Shown here: piece after piece, positions 27,158 to 36,141 of the stretch | Position numbering within the stretch: position 1 is the first letter of the stretch | Layout: every line of letters begins with the position of its first letter | Source: Candidatus Udaeobacter sp. | GTDB taxonomy: Bacteria > Verrucomicrobiota > Verrucomicrobiia > Chthoniobacterales > UBA10450 | Length of the DNA stretch: 64,000 nucleotides | Direction of reading: 5' to 3' | Assembly: GCA_035652195.1 (NCBI GenBank) | Contig: DASREH010000135.1 | Span: 31,151-95,150 of the forward strand | Notes under the pieces: model-generated | Told to the model about the DNA's origin: nothing | The model's database searches: none | The model's input: the letters and a program-made list of their open reading frames with translations, nothing else | Translations under genes and position numbers: made by a program

Positions 27158-28195
27158 TCAATCGACCTTCCGTTCTGTGAACGCCGGCAGCTTTCCGAAA
27201 AGGAACTGGAACGGGATCGGGCTGCGCGCAGCCCACGCGTTCTCGTTGTGTTTTGCTTCGGGAAACGCGAGGTAAAATAATTCTGACCCGGGCCGGTACC
27301 CTTTCCAGATCAGCCGGTCTCTCATGCTGCGCGTGGCTTCGTAGTTGTCCCCCGGCCAGCCGCTGTCAAGATAGATCCTGATGTTTCTCTTCGGCTCAGC
27401 GAAGACACGCTCAAGCAGATTGTCCCGAAGCGTGAACGTGCTTGAGAGGCACGCGACCTTGCCGAAGACTTCGGGCCACTGCCACCCAAGATAAAAGGAA
27501 ACTACACCGCCGAGGGATGAGCCCATCACCGCCGTGTCAGACGGGCCTGCGAGTATGCGGTATTTCGCGTCGATCAGTGGTTTGAGCGTTTCAACCAGGA
27601 AGAGCCCGTACTCCTCGTAGCCGGGCAACGTGTATTCGCGTTCGCGCTGATTGGGATGGATTCCGACGACGATCGCCTCCTCAATTGCGCTCATCTGATC
27701 GAGCACAGTGAGGACTTCGTCGGCCCTCCAGGGATTACCGAAAAACGCTTCCTCCTTTAAGAATAGGTTCTGCCCGTCGTGCATGTAGAGGACGGGATAT
27801 CTCTTGAGAGTGTTCTCATAATAGCCGGGAGGCAGAAACACGCGGAACCTATGTTCACCAGCTATGGCACTGGTGAGTGGAGACAATTCGCAGACGCCGC
27901 AGACGCTGCAGTGTGTATCGTCGAGAAAGTACGGATAGATGTCGACAGGCGTACTAGATGTCGCGACCGCCAGAAAATTCGCCCCACGCGACCAATGCAT
28001 CGTATCCGCTTGGAGCAGGACCGGCTTAAAATAGAAGAATGGCCCCTCTGTCTCGACTGAAAACTCCGACATGCAGCCGTCCTCGCTTACGGACCGCGCC
28101 GGAAGATCAGTGTCCCAATCTGCCTCTGTTCGAAGCACGATTCTCCCGTTGTTCGTCGGGTAGATGACGCGAATTATTTGTTTATTGACCTGCAT
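27158..28195 (-). CDS. Alpha/beta hydrolase of the putative-esterase family (siderophore esterase-like) with an N-terminal beta-sandwich domain
   Basis: Contains YPVLYMHDGQNLF and the GSSLGG nucleophile elbow. 345 aa. Confidence 0.8.
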   Translation of the reverse strand: MQVNKQIIRVIYPTNNGRIVLRTEADWDTDLPARSVSEDGCMSEFSVETEGPFFYFKPVLLQADTMHWSRGANFLAVATSSTPVDIYPYFLDDTHCSVCGVCELSPLTSAIAGEHRFRVFLPPGYYENTLKRYPVLYMHDGQNLFLKEEAFFGNPWRADEVLTVLDQMSAIEEAIVVGIHPNQREREYTLPGYEEYGLFLVETLKPLIDAKYRILAGPSDTAVMGSSLGGVVSFYLGWQWPEVFGKVACLSSTFTLRDNLLERVFAEPKRNIRIYLDSGWPGDNYEATRSMRDRLIWKGYRPGSELFYLAFPEAKHNENAWAARSPIPFQFLFGKLPAFTERKVD

Positions 28196-28270
28196 GCTGT
28201 TCTTTCATTACGATCACACGCGAGATGGTTTTGCGGCCAAAATTCGCGAGCGATCTCTTTACGATTGGCG

Positions 28271-28648
28271 CTAATATTTGTCTTGGTCCGGCAGGCGATC
28301 CGCTCGTGGACCTTCGCGGCGCCAAGGCAATTTTCCTTCGATCTCTAGTTGCAGTGACAGACTAAGGAATGTGCGGATGAGAACGATCAATCCCAGGACG
28401 AGGACGTTTTGCATTGTAGGCGCCACCACGACGGTGCGAATGATGTCGCCGGCAATGAGGAACTCGAGGCCCAGCAAAATTGCCCTTCCCACATCCTGCC
28501 GGTAAGCGCGGTAATATTCACCGCTGCCTCCGGTGCGAGGAACTAGGAGTCGAGCCGTTGCAAAGACTGCGCCTCCAACAACGATAAGCACGCCAGCGGC
28601 ATCAACCACGGTCCCGACGATTTCTACAATCTCTCGAAAACGTTCCAT
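28271..28648 (-). CDS. DUF1622 membrane protein
   Basis: 125 aa. ILLGLEFLIAGDIIRTV is typical of DUF1622. Confidence 0.7.
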   Translation of the reverse strand: MERFREIVEIVGTVVDAAGVLIVVGGAVFATARLLVPRTGGSGEYYRAYRQDVGRAILLGLEFLIAGDIIRTVVVAPTMQNVLVLGLIVLIRTFLSLSLQLEIEGKLPWRREGPRADRLPDQDKY

Positions 28649-28667
28649 GACCTGTGCGACGCCTTTT

Positions 28668-29507
28668 TTAGTGATGCTTGTAGTAGCCCACGCCTTTGAT
28701 GTCGTTCCAGGAAGTCGTCTGGTGGCAGCGATAACACTGATTCACCTGAACTGGGCCGCAGCATTCGGCTACCCGCCAATCTTCTTGTTTGGCCACCGTC
28801 TTCGAGACCATGTTGAAGTGCTCCATGTAATGGCTCGGCGGGGCCTGGTGACATTGAGCGCATGATTGTGATGCGGCGGAGGGATGGCGAAATTCAGAGA
28901 TCGTCCACGCGGTCGTGTTATGGCACGCGGCGCAATCGGTTCCGAAGAAACCGAGATGCCGGTCTTTGGTTTGGTGGCAGGCGGCGCAGTTGAGCACCGC
29001 TTCTTCCGGTCGCAGATGGACGTGTGCCGATTGTTGCGGCATGGAGTGGGTTTCTTCGAGCCAGCGTTTGATCGCCGGCACGTCCACACCGCCTTGCTGC
29101 GGCTGACGTTCGAGTTCCTTGAAGCCTATACGCGCCAGGGCCACGTGATCCATTTTCGCCGTGCGCGCGACAGGCCCCTGGTGTTCCAGATGGCAGGCCG
29201 TGCACGTAGTGATGTTGGCGTGAAAGGCAGTCGGCTGCCGTTGTAGGATCGCTTCGTTGTTGGCATGGCAGACAATGCAGTTCTGCGCCGCAACACCCTT
29301 GACCGGCGTGTGGCAGGCGGCGCAGTTATTTTCGAGAAAGGCATGCGCTTGCGACAAGTCGCCGGGAATGACCGTGTGCTGCCAGGAGGCGGGCGAGAGG
29401 ATCGCGTGGATTGTTCTTTCCCGATGACGAGAGGAAAACGCAAAGAATGCGGACGCGAGGAGCGCAAAAGTAAAAGCCGCAAGGCAGAATGCCTTCCGTA
29501 GCGTCAT
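28668..29507 (-). CDS. Heptaheme c-type cytochrome, membrane-anchored or secreted
   Basis: Seven CxxCH motifs are present: CAACH x3, CIVCH, CTACH, CAQCH and CYRCH. The ATG at 29507 overlaps the upstream stop (ATGA), whereas the track uses GTG at 29516. Confidence 0.85.
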   Translation of the reverse strand: MTLRKAFCLAAFTFALLASAFFAFSSRHRERTIHAILSPASWQHTVIPGDLSQAHAFLENNCAACHTPVKGVAAQNCIVCHANNEAILQRQPTAFHANITTCTACHLEHQGPVARTAKMDHVALARIGFKELERQPQQGGVDVPAIKRWLEETHSMPQQSAHVHLRPEEAVLNCAACHQTKDRHLGFFGTDCAACHNTTAWTISEFRHPSAASQSCAQCHQAPPSHYMEHFNMVSKTVAKQEDWRVAECCGPVQVNQCYRCHQTTSWNDIKGVGYYKHH

Positions 29508-30247
29508 GAAAGCCACCTCAGTCCGAAATGGATTCCTGCCCAGATGTGAAGGGCGAGCAGGACGTAAAGGAGCACGGAGAGAACGATGTGCACCTTCAAA
29601 GCTCGGCTGAACCAGCGCTTGAAGACCTCGTCCGTGCGCACAGCGTACTCCAAGTCCGCGACGGATTCGGCGAGGCGGATGACTTCACCGGCCAGGCCGC
29701 TAGGTGCGAGCTCGATGCCGAACGACGCGAGGCCGGTCACCAAGAGTGAGGCTTTCGGGAGCGCTCTCGCTTCCGGCGGGGAATTCTCGAGCACGCCCCA
29801 CGCATGATCCAGATCGCCCCTCGCCGTCTGCAACAGGAGCAACTTATCTTTGACGTCATGCGTGACGAAGGTGAGCAGATAACGCACAGCAAACCCACTC
29901 ACCACGACGAGCAGCATTACCCCCGTGAGCGTGATCCCGAGCCAGCTGTCGAATTTGTGGCCCGTATGAATGATCGCGAGCAAAGGGCCGAGGATGCCGG
30001 AATAGACGTGCAGCGTAAGCAACGACTGCAACGAGACGCGCGCCGTGATTCGGCTGCGGACAAACGGGATACGCTTTGCGATTACATATGCGAGCGGGAG
30101 GAGCATGAGCACGGCCCCGGCGATCCCAAACGCAGCCCCGACTCCGCTGCCCGCAAAACGCGGCGAGCGATGGACGAAGAAGCCGAGCCACGCCACGAGC
30201 AAGAGGCAGACACCGCCGCTGACGATGATGCCTTCACGCTCCTTCAT
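29504..30247 (-). CDS. Five-TM membrane protein with conserved-looking intramembrane His pairs (possible b-heme/ferric-reductase-like domain)
   Basis: 247 aa. TM3 is LTLHVYSGILGPLLAIIHTGH and the last TM is VHIVLSVLLYVLLALHIWAGIH. The start lies 2 nt after the reductase stop, and the stop overlaps the cytochrome start. Confidence 0.55.
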   Translation of the reverse strand: MKEREGIIVSGGVCLLLVAWLGFFVHRSPRFAGSGVGAAFGIAGAVLMLLPLAYVIAKRIPFVRSRITARVSLQSLLTLHVYSGILGPLLAIIHTGHKFDSWLGITLTGVMLLVVVSGFAVRYLLTFVTHDVKDKLLLLQTARGDLDHAWGVLENSPPEARALPKASLLVTGLASFGIELAPSGLAGEVIRLAESVADLEYAVRTDEVFKRWFSRALKVHIVLSVLLYVLLALHIWAGIHFGLRWLS

Positions 30248-30249
30248 CG

Positions 30250-32208
30250 TTAGGCCTCTACGACCACGTCAGTGATTGGCTTTGCCTGGCAGGCGAGAAT
30301 AATGCCATTGGCTTTGTCATCCTCATCGAGCGCGTCCTGCACCGCCATCTCCACTTCGCCGGAGGTCATCTTAATTTTGCACACGCCGCAGGTGCCCACG
30401 CGGCAGGAGAAATCGATTCCGATGCCGAGCTCCTCTGAGAGTTCTAGGATGCTCTGCTGCGGCGGGCTATCTCCCTTCTCTAGATCCAGGCGAATTTTGG
30501 CCGCCTTGTTGCTCTTCGCGAATGTGACCAGCGGCCCCGTCGCGGGCGCAAGCGGCTTCGCAGTGATCGTTGGCGGTGACGGCGGAGGCCTCGGTGTGCC
30601 GAATTTCTCGGTCTTCACCTGCTCGGGAGGAACTTCCAGTTCAGCCAACAGCGCCTCGGTCGCGTCCATCATCGCTGGTGGCCCGCAGATGTGGATTCTA
30701 CGCGAAGCAATATCGGGTACGATCTGCGTAAGCCATTCTTTCGTGATGCGCTCGCGATGCCCCTGCCAGTCTGTTCCTTCCGCTTTCGACACGGTGATCT
30801 CAAGGTGCAGCTTCGGGTTGCGCTGCTCCAGCGCGGCGAGTTCGTTCTTGAAAATGAAGTCAGTCGGGGTGCGGCACGTATGAATAAAGAAAATTTCTCC
30901 GGACCATAACCGTTCCGTGAGATAACGAGCGATGCTCATCATCGGCGTGATGCCCACGCCGCCGGAGATGAGCACAATGCTGTCGGCCTCAGCGCCGGTG
31001 AAAGTAAATTTCCCCATCGGACCGCCCGCTTCGATTGTGTCGCCGCTTTTAAGCAGATCATCGATGTGACGGGAGACCGCTCCTCGCGGCTCACGCCGCA
31101 CGGTTAAATCGAGATATTCGAGCTCCGTGGGAGAGGACGAGATGGAGTAGGACCGGTTCATTCGCGCGCCGCCGATCCAGAACGACACGTTCAGGAACTG
31201 GCCGGGCACAAAGGTGAATGGAAGAAGGCCGCCATTGTTCGATGGCAGCAGGCGAATCGTTTTCACGCTCGGCGTTTCCGGGGTGACGTTGCCCACGCGA
31301 AGCTGTCCCTGCCAATTCGACGTCAGCACCGCTTGTCCCCTTCTGTTCGAAACGGCTGATGACTGCGCCGCTTTTTCCGCGCTCGTTCCAGCCAGGGTGG
31401 CAGGCGGGCTGCCTCCGGGTGGCGATGATCCTCCGCCCGGTGGCGGTTTATTGCCCGAAGGTCCACCTACTGGAGGCGGACTCTTTCCCAAAAGCGGCGG
31501 TGCTGATCCCGGCGGCGGCGGCCCTTTTCCGCCCTCGATCCGGCCAAAGAGCGCCGCAGCGCGCCGCATCTTGAAGAAATAGAGCACGAGCATGGCGAGC
31601 GCGAAGCCCACCAGCAGCACCATCGTGAAGATGTGAAACAGACTGACGCGCTGATGCGACGCCGGCGCAGCGCCTAACGACAGGTTCATCTCGCGTTTGA
31701 ACCAGGCGAGCGCGACCTCGCGCGGCGCTCGACCTTCCGCGAGCGCGCGATGCGCAGCCAGGCCGCTGTCGTAACGCGCCATGCCTTCATGCAGGCGTGC
31801 GGTCGCATCCTGCATCGCCTTTAGATCGTTCGCGGCGGTCGCGCTTTGCAGAGCACCTAACGACTCGGACATCAAACTCGCGCCAGACTGCATCCGCTCA
31901 TGGGCGGCGCGTTCCACTTCGGCGCGTTTCTCTGGCGAAAGCTCCGGCAGCGACATCAACTCCGGATAAAACTCCTTCTTTTTGGGCACGCCCATCTCCT
32001 TCATCATCTCGCCCATGCCTTCCATCATTCCGCCGCCGGGCTTGGCGCCAGGTGAAGCGCCCATTGCACCAGGAGACGCGCCGGGACTCGTCGCCTGATT
32101 CGGATGATGGCTGGCGTGTTCCTCGGGCGGCATTTGGCCGTAAAGCGCCTGTGACCTAACGAACAGCGCAAATGCGCCGATCAGCGAAAGGGCAACGGTT
32201 GCGCGCAT
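30250..32208 (-). CDS. Fusion protein: signal peptide, Met-rich helical periplasmic domain, TM helix, Pro/Gly-rich linker, FNR-like FAD/NAD(P)H reductase and a C-terminal plant-type 2Fe-2S ferredoxin
   Basis: 652 aa. FAD-binding motif RSYSISS, NAD-binding motif LISGGVGITP, and the 2Fe-2S motif CRVGTCGVCK...C are present. The linker reads GKGPPPPGSAPPLLGKSPPPVGGPSGNKPPPGGGSSPPGG. Confidence 0.85.
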   Translation of the reverse strand: MRATVALSLIGAFALFVRSQALYGQMPPEEHASHHPNQATSPGASPGAMGASPGAKPGGGMMEGMGEMMKEMGVPKKKEFYPELMSLPELSPEKRAEVERAAHERMQSGASLMSESLGALQSATAANDLKAMQDATARLHEGMARYDSGLAAHRALAEGRAPREVALAWFKREMNLSLGAAPASHQRVSLFHIFTMVLLVGFALAMLVLYFFKMRRAAALFGRIEGGKGPPPPGSAPPLLGKSPPPVGGPSGNKPPPGGGSSPPGGSPPATLAGTSAEKAAQSSAVSNRRGQAVLTSNWQGQLRVGNVTPETPSVKTIRLLPSNNGGLLPFTFVPGQFLNVSFWIGGARMNRSYSISSSPTELEYLDLTVRREPRGAVSRHIDDLLKSGDTIEAGGPMGKFTFTGAEADSIVLISGGVGITPMMSIARYLTERLWSGEIFFIHTCRTPTDFIFKNELAALEQRNPKLHLEITVSKAEGTDWQGHRERITKEWLTQIVPDIASRRIHICGPPAMMDATEALLAELEVPPEQVKTEKFGTPRPPPSPPTITAKPLAPATGPLVTFAKSNKAAKIRLDLEKGDSPPQQSILELSEELGIGIDFSCRVGTCGVCKIKMTSGEVEMAVQDALDEDDKANGIILACQAKPITDVVVEA

Positions 32209-32220
32209 CGCTCAAGTCAT

Positions 32221-33033
32221 TTACCACCAAAGCTGCAAGCCCGCGACAAATGCGATCGTGTCCGCAGTCTCGCCTTCGCTGCGAGCTATCTGGGCCGTTT
32301 CGCCAAAGCTGCGCAACCACGAGATGCCGATGTAAGGAGCGATTTCACGCCGGATTTCGTAGCGCAGGCGCAGGCCGAGATCGAGTTCCGTCACTCCGCT
32401 TCCGGTGCTGAATCTTTTGTCGCCTTGAATTGAAACTTCGCCTTGGAAACGCGGCTGCAACACGATGTGCTGAGTCAGCAAAAGATCGACACTTGCTGTC
32501 AGCTCGGCGGAAACTTCGCCGTGATCGCTAATGTAAAGCGCCGGCTCGAAGTCGAACAAGAACGGCGTCAGTCCTTGAAATCCGATTACGGCATAGGTGC
32601 GGCCATTGTTGCCGAGGCCGCCGTTACCCAAATTTGATTTGCCGCGCACGCCGATTTGGAAATCCCAAAACGGCGCGATGAGCCGGCCGTAGAGTAATTG
32701 GAGGTCGCCTTCGCCGCGATAGCCGTCGGAAAGTCTCTGCCGGCCTTCCGTTTTTAACCAGAGTCGATTCCAATCGCCGCCGAACCAGCCCACGAAGTCC
32801 CACACGAACATGGCCGGCCCGGAGCTGTTGTAACGATATTCGAGCAGATCGAAAATAGAGAAACTATTGAATGGGCTGTCATCGACCGGCGGAGGCAGGG
32901 TGTTAATATATTGCTGAAGCTGGGCGCGCGATGGCGGGGAGCCGGGCGCATCCTGCGCGTCGGCATTAATCGACGACATCATCAGCACTGTGGCGGTGAT
33001 GACGATTCCTGAAAAGAAACGCCGAGCTTTCAT
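32221..33033 (-). CDS. copB: Copper resistance protein B (outer membrane)
   Basis: 270 aa. CopB-family strings are present: DLLEYRY, WFGGDWNRLWLKTEG, GLRLRYEIRREIAPYIGISW. The C-terminus ends in W. Confidence 0.9.
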   Translation of the reverse strand: MKARRFFSGIVITATVLMMSSINADAQDAPGSPPSRAQLQQYINTLPPPVDDSPFNSFSIFDLLEYRYNSSGPAMFVWDFVGWFGGDWNRLWLKTEGRQRLSDGYRGEGDLQLLYGRLIAPFWDFQIGVRGKSNLGNGGLGNNGRTYAVIGFQGLTPFLFDFEPALYISDHGEVSAELTASVDLLLTQHIVLQPRFQGEVSIQGDKRFSTGSGVTELDLGLRLRYEIRREIAPYIGISWLRSFGETAQIARSEGETADTIAFVAGLQLWW

Positions 33034-33039
33034 TAAAGG

Positions 33040-34938
33040 CTACGCTCCATTCGGCGTGACGGAGAACACGCGCAGCATGCCCATCTCCATGTGGTAAAGG
33101 ATGTGGCAGTGGAATGCCCACGCACCGGGCGCATCAGCGGTGACGTCCACGGAAAGTTTCTCGCCCGGCTTGAGACCAATTGTGTGCTTGAGCGGATTAT
33201 GCCCGCCGTGGCCGTTGACGAGTTGCATCCACATGCCATGCAAATGCAGCGGGTGTTCCATCATGGTGTCATTGACGAAGGTGAGCCGGACGCGCTCACC
33301 GAGCACAAGCGGAATTGGTTCGGGCGCTTCGGAAAACTTTTTGCCGTCGAACGACCACATGTAACGGTCCATGTTGCCGGTGGCGTGCAGCTCGATTTCG
33401 CGCTGCGGCGGGCGCGAATCGTAGCCGGGCTTGAGCCCGCGCAGATCGCTGTAAGCCAGCACGCGCCACGGCATTTCCTCCAGGCCGTCGCCCGGCTCAT
33501 TTAGCCGGTTTTTCGGCGACTTCGCCACGACTTGATTCTCGGGGCCGTGCTTGTCCGGCCCATGCATTCCGTCCGGCTGCACCAGGCCCGCTTCGGTTCC
33601 GCCGGGCGCGGGAATTGTCGGAATGTTCGCCGGCGGCGTCTCGCTCGGCGAGCGCGCAGTGCCGTGCGACATGCCCGGCATTCTTTGTGCGTTCATTTCG
33701 TTCATTCCCGCCATGCCGGCGTGTTTCTGCGGGGGTGGAGGACCCATCGCCATTCCACCATGCGATCCCACTGCGCCAGACATTCGTTTCATTTCGCCAG
33801 TGCTGCTGCCGCTGGGCATTCCCGCCATGTCCGCCATGCCCATGTCGGCCATCGTGCGCAACGGCCGTTTGCGCCGTTCTGGAATGGCGGCGCTCATACC
33901 GGCGCGCGGCGCGAGTGTCCCGCGCGCATAGCCGCTGCGATCAATTGTCTCGGCAAAAATCGTGTATGCGCGATCCGCCTGCGGGTGCACGATCACGTCG
34001 AACGTCTCCGCAATCGCGATGCGCATTTCGTCCACCGTCACCGGCTTGACGTATTGACCATCGGCCGCCACCACGGTCATCGGCAGTCCGGGTATGCGCA
34101 CATCGAAAAAGGTCGCGGCGCCCGCATTAATGAAACGCAGCCGCACCCGCTCGTCCGGCTTGAAAATGCCGGTCCAGTTCGTTCCGGGCGCGAGGCCATT
34201 CATCAAGTAGGTGTAATGATGCCCGGTCACGTCCGAGATGTCGGTCGGGTCCATGCGCATGAGGCCCCATTCCTTGCGCGCGGCGATGGCGGCCCCGAGG
34301 CCGTCGTTGCTGACATTACGAAAGAAATCGCCGACGGTGCGTCGCTGAAAATTAGAGTAATTGCTTTGCTTTTTTAGTTTCGATAGCAGCAGCTCAGGAT
34401 CGACAAACGTCCAATCGCTCAGCATCACGACATATTCGCGGTCGTAGCCAAACGGCTCGTCGCCGGGCGGATCAATAATGAGCGGCCCGGCGTGACCTGT
34501 TTGTTCCTGAAGCCCGCTGTGGCTGTGATACCAGTAGGTGCCGTGCTGTTTGAGCCGGAAGCGATAGGTGAAAGTCTCGCCGGGCGCGATGCCGGCGAAC
34601 GATACGCCCGGCACACCATCCATTTTCATCGGCACGATCACGCCGTGCCAGTGAATCGAAGTGGCTTTCCTTAGCCGGTTGCTTACTCGAATCACCACCT
34701 GTTCGCCTTCGCGGAAACGGAGCAGTGGACCTGGATAAGTGCCGTTGATTAGTGTGCCGGTAGCTGCGCGTCCACCCACGTCAAGCGCCCGCTCCGCGAT
34801 TTCCAAGTCAACCGCCGGTCCAAGTCCCCTGAGGCGTTGTCCGCTGCGCGCGTAAGCCGGCGTGAAGCGACCCAGCGCGGCAAATAATCCCGCCCCCGCT
34901 GCGCAGCGGATAAAACGGCGCCGCGTAAGATGAGTCAT
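33040..34938 (-). CDS. copA: Copper resistance multicopper oxidase CopA/PcoA
   Basis: Tat signal RRRFIRCAAGAGLF. Cu-site motifs are HWHG, HSH and HCHILYHMEMGM. There is an internal Met-rich region (MADMGMADMAGMPSG...). Confidence 0.95.
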   Translation of the reverse strand: MTHLTRRRFIRCAAGAGLFAALGRFTPAYARSGQRLRGLGPAVDLEIAERALDVGGRAATGTLINGTYPGPLLRFREGEQVVIRVSNRLRKATSIHWHGVIVPMKMDGVPGVSFAGIAPGETFTYRFRLKQHGTYWYHSHSGLQEQTGHAGPLIIDPPGDEPFGYDREYVVMLSDWTFVDPELLLSKLKKQSNYSNFQRRTVGDFFRNVSNDGLGAAIAARKEWGLMRMDPTDISDVTGHHYTYLMNGLAPGTNWTGIFKPDERVRLRFINAGAATFFDVRIPGLPMTVVAADGQYVKPVTVDEMRIAIAETFDVIVHPQADRAYTIFAETIDRSGYARGTLAPRAGMSAAIPERRKRPLRTMADMGMADMAGMPSGSSTGEMKRMSGAVGSHGGMAMGPPPPQKHAGMAGMNEMNAQRMPGMSHGTARSPSETPPANIPTIPAPGGTEAGLVQPDGMHGPDKHGPENQVVAKSPKNRLNEPGDGLEEMPWRVLAYSDLRGLKPGYDSRPPQREIELHATGNMDRYMWSFDGKKFSEAPEPIPLVLGERVRLTFVNDTMMEHPLHLHGMWMQLVNGHGGHNPLKHTIGLKPGEKLSVDVTADAPGAWAFHCHILYHMEMGMLRVFSVTPNGA

Positions 34939-34957
34939 CGTTGGTTCTGTTTGGCGG

Positions 34958-35329
34958 TCAGCTCACTTCGAGCACGCGATTCATTGTGCCGTATTCATTG
35001 CAGACGCAGCCATCTCGTCCATCATACACTTGGTCCGGGCCTGGTTCGCAAGACCATTGTCCGTCAATAATGAATTTCCATTCGTAGCGCCCCGTCGCGA
35101 GAGGAAGGGAAATCGACCAGTTGCCCTCGGCGTCGCGCACCAACGGTGTCGCGTCGGGTTGCCAGCCGTTGAAGGTGCCGGCCAGGAATACACTCTGAAC
35201 GTGCGGCGCATTGCAACTGAATTTAACCGGTTTGAGATTTTCCGGCGTTGGATTTGTTTCTGGCGTGGAGTTCATAGAAGCATCTTTCGGTTTTCTTTTT
35301 CGTTTCACGGATTCTTTTTGAAAAATCAC
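34958..35329 (-). CDS. CBM48/early-set (glycogen-binding-like) beta-sandwich domain protein
   Basis: VKFSCNAPHVQSVFLAGTFNGWQ...GRYEWKFIIDGQW is the AMPK-beta/isoamylase N-domain pattern. A GTG at 35329 overlaps the upstream stop, and an alternative ATG lies at 35275. Confidence 0.6.
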   Translation of the reverse strand: MIFQKESVKRKRKPKDASMNSTPETNPTPENLKPVKFSCNAPHVQSVFLAGTFNGWQPDATPLVRDAEGNWSISLPLATGRYEWKFIIDGQWSCEPGPDQVYDGRDGCVCNEYGTMNRVLEVS

Positions 35330-36141
35330 ATGTGATCGCTCATCGGCGATGAGGATGCGGCTGGCGCCGGCGAGGCGAAGCCGGTCAGAATTTTACGCTG
35401 ATCGGGGGTAAGGAGCTTGGCCGCTTCACCAACAGAGCGAATGAAGGAAAGACGCTCGTTGGCGCGAAGCTTTTCAATCTCGCGCACCTTTGCCTCGATC
35501 TTTCCGGTATCGGGCTGATCAGCCGAGGTCAAGGTCGCAAGCTCCTGCTCGTCCTGCTCGATTTGTCGTTCAGCGGAATTCTTGGAGGCAAGCGCCTGGT
35601 CCTTGATTTTGTTGAGCGCCACTTGCTGATCGGTTGAAAGAGCGATGTGGTCGGTGCGATCGAGAAAGAACCCGGTCGCACCGATGTGATAGAGATGCGA
35701 CGCGCCTGGAAAACCGGGCAGAGCTGATCGAGGCATGTTCATTCCCTGCATCCCTTCCATGCCGCTCATCATCCCCATCATGTCCATTCCCTCCATTGGT
35801 CCCATCATGTTCTCCATTCCCTGCATACCGCCCATCTGGCTCATGCCTCCACCGGCCTGCATGCCCATTCCGCTCATGCCTCCGCCAGCGCGCATTCCGG
35901 GCATACTGCCGGGGGAGCCAGGCGGCTGAGAGTGTGCCGTCGCTTCCAATTTTTTAATCTTGGCTTGAAGCTCGGCAATCTGTTGCGCAAGAGCGGCGTC
36001 GCTCGACGGTTGCGCCGTTCCTGTTGCCGGGGTCGACATTTGGGCGGGCAAAGTCACAGTGAATGCCGCGATTGCGATGCTCGCGAGCATCGTGGCAGGC
36101 ACTGGCCTGATCTGAACTAATTTATACATCGATGTTTTCAT
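35326..36141 (-). CDS. Periplasmic Met/Gly-rich protein with a CpxP/Spy-like (LTxxQ) C-terminal domain
   Basis: A signal peptide is followed by about 70 aa of M/G repeats (GSMPGMRAGGGMSGMGMQAGGGMSQMGGMQGMENMMGPMEGMDMMGMMSGMEGMQGMNM). After that come LSTDQQVALNKI and LLTPDQRKIL. Confidence 0.7.
   Translation of the reverse strand: MKTSMYKLVQIRPVPATMLASIAIAAFTVTLPAQMSTPATGTAQPSSDAALAQQIAELQAKIKKLEATAHSQPPGSPGSMPGMRAGGGMSGMGMQAGGGMSQMGGMQGMENMMGPMEGMDMMGMMSGMEGMQGMNMPRSALPGFPGASHLYHIGATGFFLDRTDHIALSTDQQVALNKIKDQALASKNSAERQIEQDEQELATLTSADQPDTGKIEAKVREIEKLRANERLSFIRSVGEAAKLLTPDQRKILTGFASPAPAASSSPMSDHM

Noticed and set aside
31380-31560. A Pro/Gly-rich, GC-skewed tract that looks like a tandem DNA repeat.
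   Set aside because: It is in frame within the 652-aa reductase fusion and encodes the PPPG/GGSSPPGG linker. It is coding low complexity, not an independent repeat element or CRISPR-like array.
35700-35930. Repetitive ATG/GGC-rich DNA.
   Set aside because: It encodes the Met/Gly repeat region of the 35326-36141 protein. The units are irregular, so it was not called as a DNA-level tandem repeat.
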